Positions 11,076-24,007 of a DNA stretch of 46,350 nt are shown piece by piece. This DNA is from Lama guanicoe (Eukaryota). The translations under genes were made by a program, and so were the position numbers. The notes beneath the pieces were generated by a model. The model was not told where the DNA came from, searched no databases, and saw only the letters and a list, made by a program, of their open reading frames with translations. The stretch is taken from positions 3,935,130 to 3,981,479 of the forward strand of contig MU054391.1 of the NCBI GenBank assembly GCA_013239625.1, written 5' to 3'. Positions within the stretch are counted from its first letter, which is position 1. The number at the start of each line of letters is the position of its first letter.

Positions 11076-12839
11076 TATTTTAGATCCATCTTTGGTTTTG
11101 CTCATTAGACTCAGCACTGTTTAAAAAGAAATCAAGTTCACTCCTAGTCCACAGTATTCTTCTGGTTTACTGTTCCCAGGAAGTTTTGTTTTTTTTCCTC
11201 TTCTTCCCATGGAAAGGAATCAGCATGTGTTGTGGGATTATTATTTAAATGTTTATAGTTTGCCATTTTCCGCACACCGAGTCCCCAGCAGCGTCGAGTC
11301 AGACGGCCCCACACAGGTATCGTCTGCTCCATCTGGTGCGCACTGTGCGGCAGGCGGGCCCCTGTATGGTGCAGCAGCTGAAGGTCCAGATGGTCTCAGG
11401 TGTAGCCCCAGGTAGAGCATATTGTGGCTTGCCAGTCTGCAGTCCCGAGGCAGGAATAACAGCCAGGAGGCACACATCTGAGAGAAGTGGCCACCATGGT
11501 GCCAAAATCAGAGGGCAGAAGGTGTTCTTGGCCTTCAGGATGGCCTGGCCTTCCAGGAGCGGTTGGGGACCAAGAAGCCATAGTGAATTGCAAATGTCAG
11601 TGCCAAAGCCACATCCAGAAAACTTACTCTTCTCATCCCCTCCTCTCAGCCCCACTCTGGCAGGGAAAGGATTTTGAGTTGGCCTGGTGATGGAAAGCAG
11701 GTGAGGGGAATGGATGCACCGAGATCTCAAAGCGGGACACTGATGGTTCAGACTTGTCTTCAAATCTGGCATTTTGAGTTTTGGTGCTTTGTTCTTTATT
11801 TCATTTCTAATAGCTAAGAGGGTGGTCGCGTTCTTAAAGGAAACCTGCTTAGGAATTGGAAGTTCTTGTTCTTGTTTTAGTGGATTTTATCAATAAAGTC
11901 AACACCTAATGAGTTGTGCGCACTAATCTTTGAAAAACAAGAATTCCATCTGAAATGTTAAAATCCTTGTCCATGGCAGAGGAGGGTGCAGGAAGAGCCA
12001 CTTTGCCGGGATTCTCAGGGGAGGTCGACCCCACCTCCCTTCTCAGAAACCTCAGTTTCTCCTGCTGCTCCCCTTTGACAATGGTGTCACCACAGGACCA
12101 CTGTTCAGCGGGATTTCTTACTGGTGACACAAGAAAGCCCTTATTAGCACACTTGACCATTCCACATGAATCTCTGAATCCTTTAAAGTAACTTTTAAAA
12201 GTCATCCATAAGGGCTGGGGATAGCTTTTTAATGAAGCTTCCAAGGGTACTTGAGGAACTGAATTACATTTTTGGTGTGAAATTGGCTAGTCATTTTTAG
12301 AAACCTTGGAATTTAGTTAAACTCCCTAAGGCAAAGAAAATATTAATGTATGTCTATGTGTGAGCCCTGAAAAAATAAACAAATTAAATAATTTTAAGAA
12401 CCCTCATTTCTATATCAAAATATATATTGAAAAGGATATTTTACTTCTCAACTTCATAAACTCATGTAGTTTTAGGGAAACAAAGCCGTTCAATTTATGA
12501 AACAGCTCCAGTCCAAACTTTACCAATAACCAGTATCCAGGTCATTAAAAAGCAAGTTTTGAGTTGCTTATTTGCCTATACTCTTTAAGTGGGCAGGGAA
12601 AATGGGGATTAAACCCCCCAAATGTTTAGGGGTGACAAAATTGGAGGGTTGAACTCAAGCAGCAAGGGGCAGAGGTGGGACACCGACAGCATTTTAAAGG
12701 AATGCGCATTCCTAGAAGGGAAGATATAATCTTTAAGTTTATAAACGACCTAAGACTAGAAAGGATGTAGAGATACGAAGTCGTAAATAAAACAAAACGC
12801 ATCAGAGACGATATGAAAGTAGACTAGTTACCGTTTTTA

Positions 12840-12980
12840 TAATTATCTTCAATGTCTAGATGGAGAAACTGAGGCTCAGAGAACATACTTGTCTGGTACC
12901 CAGGACCAGCAAGCAGAGGAGCACAACTTGATGCCGAGTGCGTCTCTAGAACCTGAGTTCCCAAACACTGCACGTAGTAG
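12840..12980 (-). mobile_element. MIR SINE fragment
   Basis: TAGATGGAGAAACTGAGGCTCAGAGAA antisense MIR core. Confidence 0.7.
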
Positions 12981-13714
12981 CTGTCTGCTGCCAGGAGGCA
13001 GTGACAGCCTTTCTTTGAGAAAGACGGAGCGAGCTTGGCAACGCCACAAAGAAGGGAAGGGTCCTCAGAGCGCATCCGAATACTCAAATTAATTTTGGAA
13101 TCCTGAGATCACTGGTTGGATACAAGCCAACTACAAAGGGTGAAGTCTTTACAGAAAGTTGAAGTGGAAATAAGGAAACTTGGGCTTTGAATCTAATGCT
13201 TTAAATGAATATCCAACAGTTGAATACAATTTGCCAACGTCTGACTTGAGTAGAGCTTTCTGATCGCTCTGCCTACAGCCAGAAACTGAGGAGGTGGGCA
13301 GGCGTCAGAGCGGGGAGTGTGCGTCCTGCACCCCGGCCACCCGAGGCTTTGTGCTGCAAGGGTGGATGGATGCAGCCGGTCTTCTAAGCAGGGCATGTTC
13401 ACAGGACCAAAGTGGACTTTACGTGCCAAGTGACCAAACTCTGAGGTCTAGGTCCCCGTGGGCAGCACCTCGTGGACATCATTTCCATGGAGAGTCCAAT
13501 AGCATGGCTTCCCCGGAAGGTTAGCTTCCTCATGCCCTGTCCTGGGCCCGTCCTGCCCCCAGTCTGCGTGGCGCCCAGAGGGAGAAGCTCTTTCTAACTC
13601 GCTGGCCTTGCCGGCTGGTGAGGAAAAGCAGCAGGGGTCTAGAGACAGCTTGAAGATGCTGGCCGAGACGAAGACCAGGCAAACCAGGGGTTAAAAGCAA
13701 AGTGAAACAGCTAA

Positions 13715-13925
13715 GCTACAGCACTAAGAATGAACCCGGATGCAAAGTACGGATTTTGTATGATAAAGTCCTGCAGACTCATCGTCTGTAGCCAGGGTAC
13801 CATCAGGTGTGGGAGGTAATGATGGGCTAGGCTGTACCCAGGTGTGTGGGGGCAGACGGACGATATGGGAACACTCTGTAGTGTCCCCTCAAAGTTTCCG
13901 TGCTCCTCAAATAAGACAATAATAA
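13715..13925 (+). mobile_element. L1MC-like 3' end
   Basis: ACAGCACTAAGAATGAACCC..TGCAAAGTACGGATTTTG..GTGTGGGGGCAG..ATATGGGAACACTCTGTA resembles the L1MC1-3 3' UTR. Confidence 0.7.
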
Positions 13926-14429
13926 TACCAGCACTGACGCTATTAGTGACGATAGTAAAATCCAAAGGCAACTTCGTAACCGCTGCGCTTTAATCTGTTA
14001 ACAGAAAGAGCGTGTTCAACAGCAGCTTTGTAATTTCACTGATGTTACTGGCATCAAATAGGAATTAATATGATTTAAAAGAAAGAAAAGAAATGAAGGT
14101 TAAATAGTAGACTATAATCCTTGGTAAGGCATTTCCTAATGCGAAAGGAACGCTGCGGACATCTGAGACACGACCTTGGAGATCGCTATTTCATATTATT
14201 TGGGCTGGATATCTCACTGTGCATGTCAACTTGCCAACCTGGTCAGGTCGGCAGTAAATCTTTTATTACTTTCTAAATAGATAATGTTACACCAGATCAC
14301 CTCTGACTCCGAACACACTGGAATAGGAAGCTTCTCTTCCTGGGAATTCTTTGCCTGGAGGTCCGAAACTGTATCAACTCTGGGGGCATGAACGCAGTCA
14401 TGATGCTCTGCGTTAACAATATCTTGCCA

Positions 14430-14690
14430 CTAGAAGACAAGTAAGTTCTGCAGACGCAACGCACAGCCTAGTGATTACAGTCCACAGTATCCTAAAACAC
14501 ACGTCAGTGTTTCTGAGAGGCTAGATCTTAAATATTCTCACCACAAAAAGAGAGACGATAATTACATGACTGTGATAGAAAAAAGTGTGACCTAAAATTA
14601 TGGCGGTGATCACACTGCAATACAGAAGCGTACACCTTAAACGGATGCTGTATGTACATTACATCTCAATTTTTTTTTTAAATAAAGATG
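14430..14690 (+). mobile_element. L1MA9-like 3' end
   Basis: TAAGTTCTGCAGAC..CTGAGAGGCTAGATCTTAAATATTCTCACCACAAAAAG..GTACACCTTAAAC..TTACATCTCAAT. Confidence 0.8.
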
Positions 14691-17009
14691 CTTTACATTA
14701 TTTCTTTTCTTCCCTCCTCTCCACCCAACACTGAAGAACATCTAGATTTCGAATTCTCCCCCCCCACTGATCATTTGTGAGCTTTCAGTGTGCACCTTCC
14801 ACGGGCGACCCGGGGTAATGGACGCTTGTTCTATGTCCTCACGGCCTTAGACCCGTTTTCCATGAATACGGGCGTCTTTCACTGTGAGTCCTGAGCTACA
14901 TGCATTCCCCACCTTCTCTATCATCTTCTCACACTTCCCCAACTATTGCACCTGCAACATGGGCCTTCCTCACCCAGAATCAAGCATAATAGTCTCAATA
15001 TTTATGGAACATCCCACTCTACTACTAAAATACCCCTTACAATACCAAAAACAAAAAATAACATCTGCTTTCCAAGAAGTGTGTGTTTTTCAAAACCACC
15101 CGAAAATGCATTTTCCTTTTTACTTCTGTTGCAGGTGTTTACACTGTGAATGTCTTAACCCAGTTTATTGTGGGTATCTGGGGACACCATTCGCTCAGAA
15201 GATTCTTCTCGAGACCTCGTTGCTTCCTGCTTCACGCCGAGCCTCACCATGGCTGAGGGCTGACTGCCTCTGACATGCTCTGAATGGTGCCGGTTGTCTG
15301 GGGAACCGCGTGCTGCGGTCCAGCCTCTTCTGCAGACAAAAGACTGGTCAAAGGTTCGCAGACAGGGACTGCGGGAGGGGCCCACCTCGGCCGACATGGC
15401 AAGACGGGGCTCTGGCCTGGGAGTTGGGCTTGTCCGCACGTGGACTCCTGATGCTGTTCACTTCTGCGCTTTACCCACCTGAGTCCTCAGCGAGGGCGCA
15501 AGGTGGCGTTCCTTCTCATATGTGTTTCAGAACAGCACAGTAGCTACTGGGTGAGGAGAGGAAATTCTGGAATGGGAACAAAAAAGACGTTGGATGGAAA
15601 GTAAGACCTGAAGAAAATGGAAAAAAAAAAGAATTATTTAATTTTGGAAATCACCAAGAGCCTCAGGAGCAGGAATTTTCTTTCTAAAGTGGAGGCACGG
15701 GGCTATACTCGTGAACAGAGGCATTAGGAGTTACAGGTGACGTTGTGATTATGCGAGTGCCCTTCCTGGGTCATCCTTCAAGGTCTAACTTCACACGATG
15801 TAACCTGCTACAGGTCAAAAAATAACGACAACAATGAAACCAAAAGAAATCACTCTTCTACGCATCCAAGGAGGTCTTCTTCCCTGGGGAGGCTCTTGTG
15901 TCACTCAGAGAACATCTGTTTCCCCACCTGGTTTGGGTCGCGTTGCTGTTTCTCTTGGAATCCATCCCGGAGCAGGTACCGTCATGCACACGAAGCAGAC
16001 GCTCAGAAAGTGCTGAGTTGATTTTCACACGGATGCTTTGAATGCCAGTGATGGAAGAACTCTTGGAGATACCGTGTTCCAACTTCCCAACTTCCAGCAG
16101 AGACAATGAACTTCAGAGGACCAAAGACAGCGAGCAATGGAGGCAGAGAGCAGTTTATCAGAGAAAAATCCCCCAGAGGCAACTCAGAACCCCTCACAGC
16201 AAGAGCCACAGACGGAACGAGAGATGCAGATGGAGGGTGTGTTCATGTGTCAAATATTATTCTCATAACCAAGGCAAAATTAACAATCCGATGTAAAGAA
16301 TTTGAGAAGAGAATACTAAAAATGAATCTTGCAATGAGACACAGACATTCCTTTTTATATTTATAACTATCTCAAGCCCGTCCTAAAGATTTACTGCAGG
16401 GGATAAAAACGGATCCTTGAGGAATAGCTAGCACTTGTGTCTTTTACTAGATCGTGAGCTCCACACGTCACCAGTTTCGTCGTTCACCTTTGCATCGCTC
16501 CCCTCACGCCCGATTCTCCGCTGCCACACACTTGTGGGCACACACATGCCCCTTGCCGGGCACAGTGCCTGCTACAACACAGACGCTCTGGAAACTTTTA
16601 AACAGGGGGAATTATTCAGTCATTTGACAAATATTATTAAGAAGTTGCTTGGGGACGGCCGTTTGCTGGTGATTTCACCATAAGTGTAGTGAAACGTTTG
16701 CCTTCTAGGGGTTCATAGTCTAGTGGGTGGGTATCAGGAGGTTGCTGCTGGTAAATTTCACTCAGCTAAATAGGTACCGAGCACAAGGGGGTCTCCAAGG
16801 AAGAGTTCGCTAAGTTTACTCAGAAAGGCTGGGGAATCTGCACAGACGAGAGACTCAAGCCGTATTCTGCAGTAGGCATTTTCCGGGTAGACTGGGGGAC
16901 AATGTCATCCAATGTGGAGGGAACAAAGGTGTTGTAATGTAGACAAAAGTATAGAACTGGCCCCATTGTATCATGATGGCCAATTGATTGTTTATTTTTG
17001 ACACTGTCC

Positions 17010-17140
17010 TAAACTTCTGGAGATCAGGAACTATGGAACTCACATCTCTGTAGCCCCAGAACTTTCTAGAAAACTGCCTATCCACCTGCTGGTGCTTAAT
17101 AGATGCTTGCTGGATGAATATGCAATGACAGATGAATAGC
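17010..17140 (+). mobile_element. L2 3' terminal fragment
   Basis: GGTGCTTAATAGATGCTTGCTGGATGAAT L2 tail. Confidence 0.6.
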
Positions 17141-17982
17141 CCCAAAGAGACTGTCAGACCATTTGCTCAATTCCTCTTACCTCATTTTAAATACCTGGCA
17201 TTTAACCCAATCTCCCCACATATGGCTTATCCACAATTGGGGGTAAAAATCAAAAAATTGTGCTGAAGTTACTTAAATTTCCAAGAAGAGAACAGATGGT
17301 GATTTTAAATAGTTTTGGGAAGAAGTTAATGGGAAAGAAGACAATGGCAGGAAAAACCAACGCTTTCTCTGTGGCAGAAACCTGGGTGGGGTCACCAGAG
17401 GGACTTGCTCCGTTCTGGACCAGCTTCCTCCCTGCCATCAACCCAAAAACTGTAGCCAAGGACTCTGTGACACTCAGTGACATTCACTCCAACTGGCAAG
17501 GGAATGTGACAAGCAGGCCTATTTTTAAGTGTCAGTTGAATTGAATTCATGTCAAGAGGAGAGAGGGTTGTTGGGGGCGGTGAGAGTACGGAAGAGAGAG
17601 AAGTTTTTAAGGGGCCTGCAGTGAGGAGCCATCACAACTTCCTGGAGAGCTCCTTCCTGTTTGGGAAACTGTCAGGACAGGAGTGAAGTTCAAGCTGAGT
17701 CTAGGAGTTGCTGGAAGACACAACGCTGTCTGTCCTGGTAGCTGTCCACAGCCTCCCCCCCGGCGTGGGTGCTCTTTGAAAGTGGGTGGGGCCAGACAGC
17801 CGGGACATCCTGGGAGTCCTGGATGTTGGAGGCAACAGACATGCCTTGAAAGATTCAGGGACCCTCAGCCCCAAGGCCACCGCCACCCTGGACGAGGACA
17901 GTCATTGCTCCACAGCCGGTGTGTGCGTCTGTGGTTGCAGGGGAGGGGAGGGCGAGAGGGGAGGGGGCAGGTCTTGACATCA

Positions 17983-18088
17983 GGAGGTCCTGGCTTACAG
18001 CTCCAGCTTCTGGAGCTTTCTGAGACCGTCGGTCTTGGTTTGTGGATTTAGCATAGGTGGAAATGGGCACACTGGGTACCACATTTAA
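17983..18088 (+). repeat. 106-bp direct repeat, copy A
   Basis: Ungapped match to 18580-18685 with 12 mismatches in 106 by hand count (~89%). Confidence 0.95.
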
Positions 18089-18579
18089 GGACAATGTCTG
18101 AGCACAGCCCCCGCCACTGACAGCTTATCGTGATCAAGCTCCAGGAGGAATCCCGGCTTAGGGTAGAGTTCACAACCTTAACTTTTCTCTAGTCTGGAGA
18201 AACCCCAAGGTTCAGGAGAAGAAATGGTAAACAAAAGTAACAGATAAAATTTGAATTTATTTTCAATAGGTTTGAGGGGCCTACCAGGACCAAAAATGGT
18301 GTAACCCTCCCGTAGACTCCACACCGCATTGGGTGGCTTTACCGTTTTTCAGAAACAGTCACATTAAGGAAATGGAGAAGAGCAAGTGGAATTCTAAAGT
18401 CAGGGTCTGTTACCAGTCTTCTTTGTGTTAAACCACTTTCTTTAGTGAGACACATTTTCTCCTGTGTATGGACTAGAGGGGGGTGGCTGGCAACCTCCTG
18501 AGAGAGCCTTGATTCATAGGACAGTGAAAAGGATGGTGGAAGCGGCCAGTGGTGGAGGGGGCCCCTCTTCTAGGCACTG

Positions 18580-18685
18580 GGAGGTCTTTGCTTATAGCTC
18601 CAGCTTCTGGAGATTTTTGAGACCTTCAGTCTTGGTTTGTGGATTTAGCATGGGTGAAAACAGGCACACTGGGTACCACGTTTAA
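18580..18685 (+). repeat. 106-bp direct repeat, copy B
   Basis: Ungapped match to 17983-18088, offset 597 bp. Confidence 0.95.
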
Positions 18686-19235
18686 TACTGCGTGTCAACG
18701 TCACTGGCTAAGGGATGCCCAGATTGCTGGTTGAATGGGATTTCTGGCTGTGTCTGTGAGAGTGTCATTAGATTAGCTGTGAGGACTAGACTGAGTCAAC
18801 AGGGTCACCCCCACAACGCGGGTGGGCACCATCCCACCCACTGAGAGCCTGAAGAGAACAAAAAGGAGGAAGCCTGGATCCCTCCTCTCGGATGGAGCTG
18901 CGACATCCTCCTCCTCCTGCCTGGGGACATTGCTGCTTCTGGCTCCTGGTTCTCCCCTTTGGACTCAGACCAGGATGCACCCCATCTGCTCTCCTGGTTC
19001 TCAGGCCTTAGGACTTGGACTGAATGACACCACCAGCTTCCTTGGGTCTCCATCTTGGGACTTCTCAGCCTCTGTAGTCACGTGAGCCAATTTCTACAAT
19101 GACTCTTTTAAGACAGTTACAGCAGTGTGTCAGCATGTCTGTGCCACCTGCATCACCTGCATCTACATCGTCTGGGTCTGGGTCTGTGTCTGTGTCTGTG
19201 TCTCTGTATATCCTATTGGTTCTGCTCCACATGGG
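18682..19235 (+). mobile_element. MLT2 (ERVL) LTR
   Basis: TTAATACTGCGTGTCAAC start, GGGTGGGCACCATCC..GAGAGCCTGAAGAGAACAAAAAGGAGGAAG, GCCTCTGTAGTCACGTGAGCCAATT, internal (TCTGTG)n tract and TATATCCTATTGGTTCTG end. Confidence 0.9.
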
Positions 19236-21651
19236 CAAAGCCAAGGTGGCCGTTGCTTCCCTGCCATGAGCTTCCTTCTTTGACACCCCAGGGCTGCTTG
19301 TGTTCCCTGAGTCAGATGACCAGAATTCTCCGGGTCTCCTGGGTCCTGTGAGTGACCCAGGCCAGGGCATGGTGAGAGCCCAGAGTGACGCTCCAGGGGA
19401 GGCCAAGTGCACAGGCACCTTGGGGAGCTTGGAAGGAGACGCGGGGGTAACGCTTCTCTCTTCTGCCAAACCCTAAGAGGGCAGCAGGCCCTTCAGCCTC
19501 CCTGTGGCTGCTCTGAGGCTTCGTAAGTGTCCTCAGGCCCTCCTCATCCCACCCCTGCCCCTCTGGGATGGAGAAAAACAAGGGCCGGCCCTAACTCCCC
19601 ATCTCAGGGGAGCTCAGAGTCCCGTATTTGTTAAAACTTGTTTTAGAATTACATATTCAGCATTTTGAACCTCAATAATGTTACTGGTATTTCAACATCT
19701 TTAAAACTCATAGATATTAGCAGTCCTGACAACTGATTCTTTCTCTTTCTCTCCCAGTGGCTTGGCAGGTCAACTCGATGACCTTAGACTCACACACTTT
19801 ATAGGACGGTTATGCACGGGTTTTCTTGAACACAGCTGACGTTGTGGAAGGACTTGCTTTCAACTGAAGTGATGCATGCGATTCTGAAGCATGCTCCAAA
19901 TTTATTTCAAAAAATGATCCCCTCTGATTGAAATTTCAGGTCACCTGCCAGAAATTCTGCACCTTGCAAGGACCTGATGAAGTCACACAGCTGAGATGTG
20001 GACCTGGTCATAGGCTGACTCCTGAGGGAAAAACACTGGGGAAAGTTTGAGATAAGATGTTTTAAATACCCTGAGGGCAGAACTACCCTGTGAAATTCAG
20101 GGGGCCAGTTTGAGCTTTAAAGAACCACAAACTTTAAAAAGCCCGGTTAGCCTGCTGTTTAATGAAAATAAAACAGTGCGATGCAGCCTGTGGCAGGAGT
20201 GCACCAGTCTTTTCCTTCTGCCTTGAGGTACGACCTGCTCGTCTTCCTTGGAATGGCAGGCGTAAACGTAAGAAGAGGAAGTCTGTCTATCTTTAGATAC
20301 TGGTGACAGGTTATCTTGGAGGAGAGCGAGGGAGTAAGGGGCAGGGGCAGGAGGCTTGTTTTTCATGCCCTTATACTGGTTGAATTTCTCATGTGCGTAA
20401 TTTTTGTTTTGGAGGAAAATGGGGCACCCTTGCGTCTTCCTTCTGTACCTATGGAAACGGTGAGCCCTGCACCTACTCGCCAGCCATCCTTGCAGAAACG
20501 TGCCGTTCATCGATCTCATTGGCTCTCGTGGTTCGTCCAGAATCTACAGAGTGGCCGAGAGTGGGTTCTCCCCCGTGTCGTTAGGGACTGCTCATTTCTG
20601 GGGAGAACTGCGTGCTTGGACCATGGAGGAGACCGTGCTTTACATAATCACCCAGCTAGTTTGCAGAGGTAAGTTTTACAGAAGCTCCCCCTCAACAAAA
20701 CAGAGGGATGCCTTTAAAAAGCATCCTCGATGCACTTTAATAAAACAAAAGCAGCTCTCACTGTTTATACGTTTCGCAGCGTGACACGAACCTCGCACAA
20801 TATTGCCAGTTCTCAGCTCCTAAAATCATTACTAAAATCTTCCATGTGATGCTTTATATGCTTAAAAGATCTTCCATCCTCCTCTCATTCATTTCCTTTG
20901 AAATGTTCCCTCCGGGGGTTCTCGCTCTCTATTCTGCTCCCCTTGAGAAGAACACGCACCGGAGACCAGGAGGGTGGGCCTGGAGTGGGCTCTCCCTGAG
21001 ATGCGAGATGCTCAATGATCGTTGGATCTCAGTTTCTCATCTGCATGGGCGGGACTCGGACGAGGCATTCCCTCAGCCCGCTCCTGGCTCTCAGAGCTCA
21101 CATCTGTGTGCTGGTTCAGAGGGGAACAGCTCAAGGCGAGTTTGACATTATTGCAGAAAGGAGCCCCTGTGCGATTCACCCAGACTTACTGCCCCCTCCC
21201 CCAATTTGTTGCGTTTAGGAAGAACTCAGATGCGCCTGGGAGCCCTGAGTGTTAAGACGCCCCACTATTGTTGCTGTTATTGATTTTTAAAGTGTGTTCA
21301 TTACTCAGCCTCGAAATCCATTACAAAGAACAAATACATATTTAAATATTTATTATTATCCAAGATTGTGGTCATACACTTCCTTCTCCACCCACCTCCA
21401 TCTGCTCCATGATTGACGGAACAGATGGGTGTTGCACCCAGTTCCAAAAGCCAGAATACAAGGGCTCTGTGTTTTATACTCAGAAACCGTGTAACAAAGG
21501 CAGAGGAAGTACACAGTTACACCGTTTCTTCTTTTAGGTCTTTCCTGATCAGTTGAGCAGAAATTCCGTAGTGTTTCTGAAATTCACTACAGTGTGGCAG
21601 AGGACACAGCAAGGGAAATCGTGGCTACTGAATTATTTAGTTCTTCTCCTG

Positions 21652-21670
21652 TTTTTTTTTTTTTTTTTTT
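21652..21670. repeat. Poly(T)19 tract
   Basis: Read directly. Confidence 0.95.
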
Positions 21671-21919
21671 GGCTCCATTTGGCAACATGATTCAGTCAGT
21701 CTTCCAAGCTAGAAATCGTGTTCTACCTTTAAACTCCCTTGCTTATCTGCATCCACCTTGGTAACTTGGTTATCACATTCTGAGCACTTTTAAATCTGCA
21801 CTATTGCTGGAATCTAGTCCCCTCTCTCCAATTTCCATGGCTTCTGCCAGGCAGTCTAGGCCTTCAGCTCTTTTCTTAAGTATTTCTTCTAAGTCTCTAA
21901 TTTTCTATGAAACAAATAG

Positions 21920-22500
21920 AAATGCCCTGGGAGGTCAGAGGGAGAACAGGTAAACACATGGATGTGTTAACAAAAGCAACATAGTCTTGGGGTACAGCCT
22001 AGGTACTGGGGTACAGGGCCAAGTGCGACCAGCGTCTTATACCTTGCGAGGCAGTTTGGACCAAATCCAATAGGCCTAAGGGAACCATTGGAGGTTTATT
22101 GGGACAACCGGAATCCATGACTACTTCTCTGTTATAAAAGATGATTCTACAGAGGAGGCAGAGGATGGAGGGAGGAGATGAGTTTATCACACAAGTTCAG
22201 ATGAGTCATTCTCAGAGGCTGAGCTGTGTGAGTGCTGGTGAGAAAAGGGGAGAATGGGAAGGTTATCCTTAGGGAGAATCAATAGGAAATGGTTATCGGG
22301 GATGGAGCGAGAGCAAGAAGGGAGAGTCAGGTGGACGTCTAGGCGTCTCGCTTGGATGGCTGGGCTGCTGCTGGTGCCAGAACAGAGACGAGGAATGTGC
22401 AAGAAGAGAGGCAGAATCAAAGGAGGAAGGATCAGCCATTTCAAGACCACTGGGTTTGAATTACCCGCAGGATTGTTCAACCAGAAATGTTGAATAAGCG
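21920..22500 (-). mobile_element. L2 LINE fragment
   Basis: GGGAACCATTGGAGGTTT, TATAAAAGATGATTCT and GAAGGGAGAGTCAGGTGGACGTCTAGG antisense L2 motifs. Confidence 0.7.
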
Positions 22501-22764
22501 AGAGGTAATTAATACAGTGTAAGTTGTGTTAATTAAGAAGTAGTCTTATGTGCAAAAGTTAAAAATATGCATAACCATTACCCGGGAAACCTACCGCCAG
22601 GCATCCTGTCTTTGAGAAGCGCTCTCACTTGTGTGAGCTGGGTTTATTGCAGCAGTGTGATAGTGTAGAAAATGAGACATGGCCTCATTTCTCAGGAATA
22701 AGGGGATAATTAAATAAAATGGAGCCCACTAACATGACAGAATGCAATACAGTGAAAAGGAATG

Positions 22765-22966
22765 GAGTGGCGGGCTGGTAAATGTTTTAAAATCTCTAGG
22801 GTGGGGAAGAAAGTCCTGGCTTGTACCTTCGCTGATTCAGTGGGGCAAGTATTCTCATAATGGATGGTTTCAACCTACCAAGCTGACATCACTGAATGCA
22901 GAGTTGGGAAAAGATGCACAAAGCAGGCTCACACTGACCGTGTGCGTCAGCACCGGCGCACCACTG
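22765..22966 (-). mobile_element. MER63-like hAT MITE nested in an old L1ME 3' fragment (~22530-23340)
   Basis: Terminal inverted repeats GAGTGGCGGGCTGG ... CCGGCGCACCACTG; internal CAACCTACCAAGCTGACATCACTGAATGCAGAGTTGGGAAAAGATGCACA matches recalled MER63A. Confidence 0.8.
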
Positions 22967-23687
22967 GGCAAGGACTGCGTCGTTTAAAATCCACACAGAT
23001 AATTCCCAAAATATTAATATTGTGTGAAATATGCAAGTTATAGAATAATGATTATGGTATGGTACCCTTTCATTTAAAAAACACAGAAAAATCAATATGA
23101 TACATTTTTAAAGGACATTATATACAGAAGTATTTCTAATTAAGGTAAAAACAACTCTGGAATGAGAAACACCAGGTGTCAACAAACGTTTCCTCTGGGG
23201 CTGAGGGAGGAGGAGAGGGAAGGAGTGGAATTGGGGATCACGCTCCGTGAGACAGAAATTTTCTCTGGAATGTTCTGATACGGGATGAAATGTTTATTTA
23301 TAAATTACTTTATTAAAATTATTTTAAAAGCAAAACAAGCACACGAACAACACCGAACCAAAAACATAGGCAGTATTTCTTTCAATGTCTTTTCAGAAAT
23401 CTGAGGAGCAGACTACCCCATGGTCTCCAAAACACAGCCGCAGTGATGAGTGGATGGGCTTCATGGATAAAGTTTAAGATTAGACAGAGGGACCCAATTT
23501 CAATTGTTGACACTTGATCCTTGTAAGCTAAAGGGCTGCCTTCTGAACATTGAGTTCTGGCTACGCAATGTGCTTCAGTGTCTTCTGGCTTTCTTTGTCT
23601 GCTGTCCAGGGCAAGAGAGTTTCCTGTTTGGCTGGAGAAAATAAAATAGAAGCGCCCTCAAAATTAAAGTGTCGTTTCAAAGCAACG

Positions 23688-24007
23688 GTATTGTGGACTG
23701 AATGATGTGACTGTGCTTGTAAGTGGGGCCCTTTTTGGTCTCAGTGAGGTCATCAAGCTGGGGACCCCATGCCGGGAGCCTTACAAAAAGAGGCCAGAGT
23801 TCCTTTGTTTTTTTCTGTCCACCCCGTGAGGACACAGCAGGAAGGCGGCAGCCGAGCACAAGCCGGGAAAGCGCTCTCCGCAGGAACCACCCTGCCAGCA
23901 CTTGATCTTAGGCTGCTCGGCATCCGGAACTGTGAGAAACAGACGTCTCTCGTGTAAGCCGCCCAGCGTACGGCACTGTTCAACGGCAGCCTGCGCTGGG
24001 TAAGACA
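23688..24007 (+). mobile_element. MLT1A-like MaLR LTR
   Basis: TGTGGACTGAATG start, GTGAGGACACAGCAGGAAGGCGGC, CCCTGCCAGCACTTGATCTTAGGCT..GAACTGTGAGAAA and TAAGACA end. Confidence 0.85.

Noticed and set aside
12698..12713. Perfect 16-bp palindrome AGGAATGCGCATTCCT (two inverted TEAD-like sites)
   Set aside because: About 0.7 such palindromes are expected by chance in 46 kb (46350 x 4^-8); no other support.
19065..19469. ORF with a DTDTDTDPDPDD repeat
   Set aside because: Translation of the microsatellite inside the MLT2 LTR.
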